Part shown: positions 53,455 to 64,000 of the stretch, in pieces | How the letters are laid out: each line of letters begins with the position of its first letter | Position numbering within the stretch: the first letter of the stretch is position 1 | Origin: Octopus vulgaris | Lineage: Eukaryota | Direction: 5' to 3' | NCBI GenBank assembly: GCA_951406725.2 | Contig: OX597823.1 | Coordinates: 67,642,001 to 67,706,000, forward strand | DNA: 64,000 nucleotides | Position numbers and translations under genes: made by a program | The notes under the pieces: generated by a model | Database searches by the model: none | The model's input: only the letters and a program-made list of their open reading frames with translations | Told to the model about the DNA's origin: nothing

Positions 53455-53655
53455 TGGCGAGCTAGCAGAATCGTTAGCACGCTAGGCAAAATGCTCAGCG
53501 GCATTCCATGCCTTCTTTACGTTCTGAGTTCAAATCCCGCCGAGGTCGACTTGGCCTTTCGAGGTCCATAAAATACCAGCTGAACATTGGGTCGATGTAA
53601 TCGACTTACTCCCTTACCCCAAAACTGCAGGCCTTGTGCAAAAGTTTGAAATTTA
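53455..53655 (+). mobile_element. tRNA-derived SINE, family 3 (Nin/Deu-like central domain)
   Basis: GGCGAGCT.GCAGAATCGTTAG...GAGTTCAAAT.CCGCCGAGGTCGAC.TTGCCTTTC. Other copies at ~5325-5690(-), 26385-26577(-), 35836-36040, 36408-36590, 46040-46190(-), 46300-46812 (nested), 61010-61190. Confidence 0.8.
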
Positions 53656-54059
53656 AAACCAATAAGGCAACCTTTCATCTCTTCTTGGCAGAGGTCTAGA
53701 ATAGGTCGCCCACATAAGTTCAGTTTTCTCTGTTTTGACACGGATTTTTCAAAATCTTACCCTACGCGCTTCAAAATGATGCGTGGGGAGGAGTATCTTT
53801 TGACAATTTATCTCCTCCTCCTCGAGGTCAACAGGAGGGATTTTTCGATTCTTTTTTTCTCTTTTTTTTTTAGCATTACGCCCTTAAAATTTTAAAATCC
53901 ATGGAAATCCATCATTTTGGGAGTCCTGCCAACGCAGTTACGACAGCGATCACCATTACAACCGGAAAGGTCTAAAAGAAAGTTCGAAGAAAACACTGAT
54001 GGAAAGTTATATACCTAGATTGCTAAGAATTAGTACGATTATTAAGAGTGACTTAAATG

Positions 54060-55297
54060 GGTCAATATACAGTTTAAGCCGCGGTCACGAAAAAAAGAAA
54101 AACAGCCTACTAGGTGTAAAATAATGTTGTAGAAAACGAATATGCAAACGAACAGGAGTGTGGGGGAGAGGTCTTTCGGAAAATTCACAAGATTCGAATT
54201 TCCCTCAAAACTTTCAGGAAAATTGATATCTTTCAATGAAATTTTATAGAAATAGCGTTCAAATGACACAAATTACGATTATAAAGTAGTTTCTGGGGAA
54301 AATGTTTTCCAAAGGGGTGGGGAGAGGAGTTCGGAAAATTCACACGATCCGTTTTTTTCCTTCATAACTTTCAGGAAAATGGATATCTTTCAATGAAATT
54401 TTACTGAAACACTTTTCAAACAGCATAGATTACGATTATAAAGAAATTTGTGGTAAAAATGTTTTCTGAAGGGGGGGGGGAGGGAGAGGACTGTCGGAAA
54501 GTTCACACGATCCGTTTTTTGCCCCTCATAACTTTCAGGATCTAGTTTAGTGCCCGGTCACCACAAAACAATTTATTAGGTGTAAAAAAAAAAAAAAAAA
54601 CCGCAAACGAATGGGGGAATTGGTGGGGGTAGAAGACTTTAGGAATATTCACACGATCTGATTTTTTCCCTCATAACTTTCAGGAAAATGGATATCTTTC
54701 AATGAAATTTTACAGAAACACCTTTGAAACAGCAGAGATTACGATTATAAAGAAATTTGTGGGGAAAATATTTTCCGAAGGGATGGGGAAAGAGGCGGCC
54801 AAGTTATACAAGTTATTACCTTCCGCTCTCGAATCCTTGCCCTCAAATAATTACAAATCAAGACTAAGATATGTACATGTATGTTTGCGCAATTTTTTGT
54901 TTTCATATTCGTTTTCAACACTTTTTTTTAAAATACTAATTAGACATTCTTTTTCGTTTTGGTAACCAGGCGTTACACTAGATGAGGGGTAAAAAACGGA
55001 TCGTGAGAATTTTCTGAAATCCTCTCCCCCAACCCTTGGAAAACGTTTTCCTCAGATATTATTTAATAATCGTAGTTTGTGCCATTTGAACGGTATTTCT
55101 ATAAAATTTCATCAATATATATCCATTTTTCTGAAAGTTATGAGGGAAAAATGGGATTTTGTGAATTTTCCGAAAGTCCTCTCCTCCACTCCCGTTTGCG
55201 CAAATTTTTGTTTTCAGATTCGTTTTCTACACATTATTTTACACTTAGCAGGCTGTTTTTTTGTTTTTGTGACAGGGGCTTAAATTGTATATTGACC
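54060..55297. mobile_element. Second copy of the foldback family, opposite orientation
   Basis: GGTCAATATAC...GTATATTGACC termini, exact 8-bp TSD CTTAAATG, and a shared internal GGCxGCCAAGTTATAC...CTCTCGAATC core. Confidence 0.85.
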
Positions 55298-55539
55298 CTT
55301 AAATGTTTTTCACTTCGTATAAAAATCAACGACTCCCAACAGAGACATACATATATGCATAGGTACATAAGTGTGCATACATATCTATACACATAAGTAC
55401 ATAGATACATATATATCTATAGGTATAGGTACATAAGTATATATATATATATATATATATTTGGCTAGGTACATAAGTATACATATATATCTATATGGCT
55501 GGGTACATAAGTACACATATCTATGTATAAGTACTCCGG

Positions 55540-55750
55540 CCATTTCATCATGTTGGACCGTTAATCCCAAAACTGTTTTCTCCGTTGTATTACGTTCTCT
55601 CCATTCCCCCGCGCTCTCTCAATCCTTTCTATCGAAGAGCGTAGGTTCGAAACATCAAAGACTTTTACATTCTTCCTGATCATCAGACTAATACACCTGC
55701 TTGTTGTTCCTTCACTTGTCTTCGTCTTTTGTTTTCTGTAAAGTTTAACT
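55540..55750 (+). mobile_element. Short Penelope-derived repeat related to 1877-2060, hammerhead degenerate
   Basis: CTTT-ctatc-GAAGAGCGTAGGTTC-GAAA-CATC-AAAG (55625-55660), followed by the same TTCCTGA...TAATAC...TTGTTCC layout. Confidence 0.4.
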
Positions 55751-55758
55751 CTCTCTCG

Positions 55759-55815
<57 letters not shown>

Positions 55816-56149
55816 GTATGTATTACTATGTGTGTGTGTGTGTGTGTGTGTGTGTAGTAGTGTGTCTGTGCATACGCGCGTACATAGAATGAGATGAATT
55901 TGTTCGGTATGCCCTGACGAATCTAGGTAAAAATGTCACTGGAAAAGTAACAGGGGTTTTGTCAGGATCCCATAAATTGTGACTTTTTCCCCACTGTGTC
56001 TTTATTACCGGTCACCGCCCTGACATCTCGTTTCACAAATCGATTGCTCGATTTTGTAGACACTACTCACTTAAAAACGATAGGAGAAACCTTTTCGTTA
56101 AAGAAAAAATAAATATTCATCCCCATATTTATAATTTCTTAACACGAGT

Positions 56150-56912
56150 TGGAATTTCTGTTTTGACGAGGATTTTTCCAATTTTATTTTTCACTGTACC
56201 TTTCGAAATGATGGGGGAGCATCATTTTATCAAAATTTTAGAAAAATGAGGGGTTTTTTTTACCCACTTCGGACCGATTTCGTGGGCACTACGTACTTAA
56301 AAACCAGGGCAGAAACCTTTCCGTTAAAAAAAAATTTCAACTCCATATTTATGAATCTCGATACATGGCATCTTTTTTGTTTTGTTTTTTTTTTTTGTTA
56401 AACCTTCTTTACATTACTCAACTATATTCATGGATAGAAAAATATTAAACAAAGAACCAAGGACAGTATCAGATGGTCGAGAGATGTGCTAAAATCAATA
56501 GTTAAATTGCCCTTTTTCCGATAGTGAAACTATATTCAACACCATATTAATGAATTTGTTTCTCTCGCAATGATACATAGAATCTTTTTCTTTTTTTTTT
56601 TCAAGTTTTTCTATTACCCAAACGAAAAATAATGAATCTAAAAAAATGCTTTTCAAACTTTATCCATTACACTCAAGCAAAATTCTTAAGTATGGGGGTA
56701 AATTTTTTTTTTATCGAAAAGGTTTCTCCCATCGTTTTTAAGTGTGTTCACAAAATCAAACAAAATCGGTCCGAGAGAGGGAGTGTTTAAAAAAAAAACC
56801 CCTTCATTTTTCGAAAAAATTTTTTGGTTTTGCTAAAATGATGCTCCCATCATTTCGAAGGGCATCGTGAAAAAAGTTGAAAAAACCCCCGTCAAAACGG
56901 AGAAAATTCCAC
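56150..56912. repeat. Diverged foldback element
   Basis: TTCGAAATGATGGG..AGCATCATTTT and CGGACCGATTT recur inverted at ~56765-56860. Confidence 0.6.
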
Positions 56913-57439
56913 GAAGAACAGCGAAAACACTTTTTCAATTTTTGTTTTCTTCGCATTTCTATAAAGATAAGAGTACTCCTAATCATTTTATTATCCACTC
57001 TAAATACATTTTGAATCATTTAATGTTCCTAGAATAAAAATAAAAAGCATCAGAGCATCTAAAACGAAATTGTATGAACCAACGAAGAAGCCAATAAGTT
57101 GTCGATCATCCTACTACAAGACAAAATTAAAATATTTAGGTTAAATGAAAGAGGATCTTGGAAAAATTACATGATATGAGAGTAACGAAATTCGACTAAA
57201 TCTAAAACTCAACATGGAATATTCTCCATAGCATCTTCAGTATCTGCTGGAGTGGATCTCGTCGTGATATATTTAAGCATCATGCTGATGTTAAAGAGAA
57301 TAAACTATTGAAATTGGTCACGAATTATTTTGCCCCCACTTTAGAGGGGTTTTTTTTTTAATTGGAAATTATCAAATTAGAGAATGTGTAGAAAAAATTG
57401 ACTTGGAATCCAACAGTGGAAATAATTTTTGATCAAACT

Positions 57440-58770
57440 CCAGTGTTTGATCCGAGCAAAAAGAAAAAGTGCAATAGGTGTAAAAACAACATGTAGTAAA
57501 CGAATATAAACAAAAATGCGCGCTGGCGAACGGAAGGGGGCAGGGGAGAGGACTCGGAAAATTCACATTGGGAATGTTCCGAGTCCTCTCACCACTTCTC
57601 TATTCGTCGGCGAAATTGTTTTTCTTCATACCGTAAATCCTCGAGTATAGTCCGCCCTTGAGTATAATATGCAGGGGACTTTTAGGGGGCTGAACCTCTG
57701 AAAAACCTAAACCTTGTGTATAATACGCATCCCTTCTCTAACTTGAGTCAAGGACGTCTATATAACGTCCTTGGTTTGTAAAAATGTATACGGTAACCTC
57801 CTTTATTATTATTGTATACATAACATAATGCAAACGTGTAGCTTCCTTGTGCATTTTGTTTGCAGAAAATAAAGAAATAACAGTAATAACGTCAGTGAAA
57901 AATAAATATTAAGTAAATTGCCTTTACATATTTATCACTAACAGTTGCAAAAGCAAAAACATTTATTCAAATCCTTCAAATTCAACGTCACTTTCAGCAT
58001 CAAATAACTGTTCCATTTGTTCCTCCGTAAACATGTCAGCATCATTGTAGTGTAAATCTCCGTCATCGTCAGATTCATAGTCAACATCAGAAGATTCACT
58101 TTCATTTATTTCATCTCTCCATACAACGTCATCCTGCGTACCAACCAGTGCAGACGACATACAACATTTGATAAAACTTTTCACAATAATCTGAGGATCA
58201 AGTTCATTCCATGTATACACAATCCATTTGCATATCAAAGTCAAGTCGGGAGCGCGAACCCTTCCACCTTTAGTGAACGACTTTTCTCCAGCCGACATCC
58301 ATTCAGTCCATAAGTCACTTTATGACTTCATTGCTTTCAGGCTTAGCTTAAGGTATTTTCGCGCCCGACATCACAAAATGCGTCTGAATAAACATTGCCG
58401 GACAGCAAATAGAGATTCGGACATTGCTTAGAAAATATTTTTCATTTTTAACCTCGTATACAGTAGGCACTAGGGATTTTGACCGTTAAATTTTGGGAGA
58501 AAAATGCGGATTATACTCGAGGATTTACGGTATTTGTTTACTACACATTATTTTTACACCTGATACACTATTGTTTTTTCAATTTTTGTGACGGGGGTGG
58601 GTGGGGTGCAGACTCGTATAATTCGTATAATTCACACGATCCAGTAACTCCAGTTCGACACCCGGTCACAAAAATGGGGAAAAAATAGTGCAATAGGTGC
58701 AAAACAACATGTAGTAAACGAATATAAAAAAAAAGCTCGCTGGTGAACGGTGGAGGTGGGGGAGAAATCA
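57440..58770. mobile_element. Degenerate relative of the foldback family, interrupted by the pogo element
   Basis: GTGCAATAGGTG...GTAAACGAATAT and GGAAAATTCAC modules on both sides of 57631-58530. Confidence 0.5.
57631..58530 (-). mobile_element. pogo/Tigger-type deletion derivative retaining transposase C-terminus
   Basis: TIR CCGTAAATCCTCGAGTATA at both ends, TA TSD. ORF 58298-57963 reads FTKGGRVRAPDL..ICKWI..TW..LDPQIIVKSF.KC.MS.AL.G.QDD plus an acidic tail. Confidence 0.88.
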
Positions 58771-59084
58771 GATTATTCATTTTGCCCCGCCCACTTACTC
58801 ATATTTGGCATAATGGACGAGAGTAGAATGAAATGAAATACCATTGCCTAGAGTCTCAACACGCAGCTTGGTCCAGGAATCAAGTTCTCGTCCTTACAAT
58901 TCATGAGTCCTAAACCCGATCAACAAGCGATACATCTTCACAATAGCCGGAGTCAAACAAATCGACGCCAGTACTTATCTTTAAAAACCTGCTACTTATT
59001 TTTATCAGTTTCTTTCGCCGAAGCACTAAGTTATATGGACGTAAACAAACAAATACCGGTTGTAGGTAACATACATGTATTCAC

Positions 59085-60035
59085 ATGCGTGTGAACAGTA
59101 AATAAAATAAATATCGATTTCCTTTTAAAAAAATAGATATTTTGCATTTTGCTTTTGAATTTTTCTAAGATTCTTTACATGTATTGTAGTTTCGAAACGG
59201 AAAGCGTCATAATTCGAGGCAGTCATTATACCAACAAAACATATGGGTCTACTTTCAGTTTCCGTTTACAAAATTCACTTACAAGGATTTGATTGACTCA
59301 GGGCTATAGTAGAAGACACCTGCACAAGGTGTCACGCAGTAGAACCCAACTCAGAACCAAATGGTGGGGAAGGTAAATGGAGATAAAATCCCATAAGAAA
59401 AATAGGTGTACATAGTTAAGTGAGACAACATGAAGAGGAAAAATCTAGAACCTTCCTGTTTGGTAGTCATAAGGAAAAACAAAGTAGGAAAATAAGTAAA
59501 ACGATATAAAAAAAATTCTGAGAAAAAGACAAATAATGAAGTTGTAAGTTAGAAATTGTAGAAAGGAAAAATAAGAATTTTTTTAAATCAAGAAAATAGA
59601 GAAAGCTAAACGTTTGTAAATGTAACACACTGGAAAAGTTACACTAATGATTATTTTATAATTCTAATATTTTTATTTGAATAATGATATAGTTAATTTT
59701 TACCAGTCCACGTAGTAAATCAGTGACTTGTTTTTAATGCTTCGAAAGCAAACACTTTGGTAGCATTTTTAATACAAAGTAGAGATTGTATTTTACTTCT
59801 GTTTTACCAACTGATTAAATAGTTAGTTAATTAATGTACTAACTAATTAATAAAACTGAAGTGAAATACAACCCATGTGTTTTGTTGGTAGAATGACCGC
59901 CTCGAATTATGACGTTTTCTGTTTCAACACTAAAATCCATACGAAGAATCTTAGTAAAATTCAACAACAAAATACAAAGTATTTATTTTTTAAAAGGAAA
60001 AAGATATTTATTTTAATTACTGTTCACATGCATTC
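59085..60035. repeat. Inverted repeat pair (~165-bp arms)
   Basis: 59085-59248 versus 59871-60035, e.g. GTCATAATTCGAGGCAGTCATT / AATGACCGCCTCGAATTATGAC. Confidence 0.7.
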
Positions 60036-62577
60036 GCTTTTCATGAATGCAAAACATTGTATGTAATCATCTTTTTTAAGAGCTCTTCATCCAAACGAGT
60101 TCATTTAATTTAATTATGAATGAAAACTACACTTTATGCATTAATGGATTTAAATTCTTTGAAGTGGCGTTGTTCTTAAAATAAATCTAAAAGTAATTAT
60201 CAAAATAAGCACGAGCCCAGCGGCGTAGTTAAAACCGCTTGGCTTTTTGTTCGATCCCAATGCGTCAGATATTCAATTCACTAATGCTTTGTGGGCGGAA
60301 TTTGATAAATGGTAATTGCACCATTGCTCACTATACACACACGTATGGCTGTGTCTATAGTGTAACAGGGAAATCTCCAGTTTTGTTTCCTTGAAGGTAG
60401 TAGTAGCTATTTAATATATAATAACAGACAGAAATAAATAAATACTGAGGTCTATACGGAGATGTAACCCTTGCATTGCCGCAGTCCAATGACTGAAGCC
60501 AATAAAATAAAAAAAATAAATGGATAAAAAAATATTTAGTGATGAATTGATAAAAACATAGAAAAGAGATATATCCTGAAACTGTTCATTTGTGAAATGT
60601 GATGTCAGGGCTTAGCGAACAAACGTATGAGTCTTCCATTATAGAGACGTGTTTTTATTGCATAATTTCTTTAGGAGACCCGCCATCAATCTTTTAGTTA
60701 TTAGTTTTGATAAGTATAATATTCAAGTGAGTTGGAATAAAATACTGATTCTACGCTGGCACAAATTCTCAAATGTGTACTAGAACCTTATGCTGTTGAT
60801 TTTATTCATAGAAGTATTATAAGAGACAGTACCATCTTTAACGCATGGACACAGTGCGTAGTTTCCTAGGGACACCCGCAGATCGAGGTGGGGGGAATGC
60901 TAATCTATGCATGCCATATACGTGTATGGCAGGAGTCCCAAGCCACAGGGCTACACATACACAAAAATATTGAAATTTATTTCCATTTTATTGACTATAG
61001 CAGTCTGTATTAGTCTTTACGTTCTGAGTTCAAATTTCTCCAAGGGGGTCGATGAAATAAGTACAAGCTGAGCAAGCACTGGGGTCGATGAAATAGATAC
61101 TAACTGAGCACCGGAGTCGATGTGACCGAATAGCCCCTATTTCCATCTCTTGAAAAATTTCAGGCTTTGTGCCTATAGTAGAAAGGTGAAACGGGTTATA
61201 TACGCGTCATATACGTGTGTGTGTGTATAAATTATATATTTTGCACTTTGTTCTATTTTGTTATGCGTGTGATCCCGGTTCGTTGGAAAATTGCATGAAA
61301 CCAATCCGTGGTGCAACAAAAGTTGGGAAGCGCTGGTGTATGGGACCTCTGCACTGTTTTCCTTGGAGAGTTGTAATGTTAAAACGTCCCTAAGAGGTGC
61401 TCAATTTCTCTCACCAGCCTCGGAAGAGTAAAACTCAAAATCGACTCAGGAAGAAAGAAAGATTTCAACTCATAAAAGTTAGATGCCTGAATTAAATAGT
61501 AAAACGGTATTTAGTCCGCATATGTTTTACAAGGTATTAATGTCTTCTAATGTATTCTAATGTTTGTGTCACTAAATGACAAAACTGACAGAACGGTGAC
61601 AAAAACTGTAGAATATTGACAGTTAATGATTACTGTTTAAGAATAGTAAAATTGTGGCAGTAATTAGCAGAAATGGTAGAATAGCGGATATTTTTTTATT
61701 ACTACCACCCCACATTCTGATCTCAGTTCACTTCAGATTCGTGTTGATTTTTTTTTTATCCCACTATGATCAATTATATAAGTTTAGATATGTACTGGAA
61801 TCAATTAACAGTCGCTCTATACCGACTGTATTCATCCCACGTATTATGTTTTTAATTAGCACTAATGTGAAAAGCTATTATCATAATCTAGAATAATTTA
61901 CACATCAATAGATATAATGTTGCGGTTTTTACAAATATCATCGAAATAAATATGTTGAAAGTTACTGTTTATTTCAAAAGGGGAAAGACCTACCTTTCTG
62001 GGCCGCTTTTTCTATTTCATCTGGGTTTTTCTCTTTCGTAAAAAAGAGACTTTCAGTGAAGGTGACTGAAAACAATAACATACTTAAAATAATCCACATG
62101 TTTGATTTTTCTTCAAATCTTGATAATGTTCTCCTTTACTTCGATTCTTTATTTTAATTTTTTTTTTCTGCTCCCAATACTAAGACTTACATAGCAGAAT
62201 GAATGTGTGAGTCAACTGTTACTAAGATGACGCAAATTTTAACAAAATCTAATTGACACGTACTATGTGGAACTAACTGTCGTGTCTTTCTCTTGTAAAG
62301 TACAATGAGTTATTTGAATGGAAATTTCGTAAACATATGGATGCACAAACGGTCTACAAACTTGACGTGTTACGTTAATAATTGATAATTTTCTGCTCCA
62401 GAAATTTGATAACGGATGTAAATAATAGTTTCTTAAAGATAATTATGTTACGAATATTTAAGTAGGGAAAATTTCTCAACCATACATGCTTTAAAAATGA
62501 TTCATTGAATTTATTCTTGTCTTTGTAGTCTATAAGTGAAATCATAGAATTTTGAAAGTTATATTTATTCAAGAATT

Positions 62578-62950
62578 GGATCTTTTCGGTTTGAACGGCA
62601 GTTTTTTAAAATAATTTCCACGTAACTAAACGCTTTTAAACTTCGTATACTGGTAGAATGTGCTTATAAAACATCTTTTTCTCTTGGCTTTATTGAGAAA
62701 ATTCTATAGTTTGTAAGACATTTGTTGTTTTTTTACTTCAATTTCTGCAATTTCAACCAATCAATGACGTCTATTGAGGTGAAAACATTCTGTGCCGTAT
62801 GAATATGTTCCTCATTTAAGAAACAGATTGGGTTTATTTACATTTCTGAAGAAAAAAAGATACCCTTCCCTCCACCTCTAACCCTAACTAATTGGGTGAC
62901 AATTTCATATGACACCGCTAGAAAAACTGCCGTTCAAACCGAAAAGATCC
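62578..62950. mobile_element. MITE with GG termini and 8-bp TSD (Merlin-like)
   Basis: Perfect TIR GGATCTTTTCGGTTTGAACGGCAGTTTTT. TSD CAAGAATT (62570-62577, 62951-62958). Confidence 0.88.
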
Positions 62951-64000
62951 CAAGAATTATTAACTACCATATATTCGACATACATGTGGAATTTTTTAGA
63001 CCAAAATTTACAGTTAAAAAAAAAGGTAGGACGACTTGTACACCAACATGGCTGAAGAGAATCAAAAATTTCATGTGAAACGCAGCAGGGTTCGGAAAGA
63101 TAGTAACGATGTTTGAATGTTTACACTATATACTATGCCGATTTGTATAACGGAAAATATGTTAACACCATTTGGTGGTGGATGGGTGAATCAGCAAAGC
63201 TACTAATATTCAGAAACAATGCTTTATGCTCGGCGTTCAAAATCCTGCCAATTTCGAGTTTTGCCTTTCATCCTTCTAAGGTCGATAAAATAAAACATGG
63301 TTGATTTATATTACTATAATGCATATTAGATGTTAATGGGATGATTATCAAAAAAATGGCTGCTAACATTAAGGTCCTTGTTCCAATTCTATTGCCTGAC
63401 GGCATCTTGGCCAAGTACATCTATCGTACCTTTGAAGCGACCCATACCTTATTAATGAAATTGAACAGATGGAACCTTTGTACTAGCCTATTGGATGAAT
63501 ATATCTGTAATCCAAAGGTTTAGCGTTGCCACTCTTGTGTCACACTGACTCTACCTGAGAATTCCATTAAGAGTACAAGAGCATAAGGAATAGCCGCTCA
63601 GCACGCTGATTCAATAGGCAGGGACAACTGTATGCTTATCGGTCGGAAGCGACGTGAAAGCTCATCATCATTATAATAGAAGGCAAGACCTCACCGATCT
63701 TTTCTTCTTCTATCAGACATTTCAATATTTGTTTGTTCAGCAGACGGGAAAGTGAACTAAATATGAGATTATCATAATTTGTCTCCTTACGATCGGAGTT
63801 CAAAATCTAACTTGGGTTATCTTGCTTTTAGCCTATGTAGGATTGGTGTACTAGTTATTTAACCACTGGACAACCCTAACAAAACAGGAATATGCTCAAA
63901 TGGATTGTTACATCATCCAATGCTTCCTTTACTCATTGGTTAAAAACAGCATCGTTAGGACATCCAACAATATGCTTCGTGCTATTTTAGGCGCGTTCCT

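Noticed and set aside
62868-62892. CCCTAA telomere-like motif, also TTAGGG-like at ~922-946
   Set aside because: Only one or two degenerate units inside mobile elements; not an interstitial telomere array.

Overview
AT-rich, repeat-dense animal genomic DNA, inferred to be an octopus (coleoid cephalopod) from its (TA/CA)n-associated tRNA-SINE families and RTE tails. The only well-supported host gene is on the minus strand. Three phase-compatible coding exons (35428-35268, 18867-18641, 6345-6186) splice into about 182 aa with 10 Cys, resembling a stanniocalcin-like domain. Its first coding exon is unresolved, and a candidate promoter lies at ~44.1 kb, where the sequence switches from CpG-eroded (left) to CpG-retaining (right). 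The rest is transposon-derived: SINEs, RTE, CR1-like and Hero-like LINE remnants, a Penelope GIY-YIG remnant, five non-autonomous Helitrons, pogo, maT and hAT remnants, GG-terminated foldback elements with 8-bp TSDs, and long microsatellites. The most notable non-obvious signal is a set of Penelope-type hammerhead ribozyme motifs. One is intact at 30145-30238, and others sit in inverted repeats or at the tail of a tRNA-headed SINE. All calls were made by eye, with no searches run.
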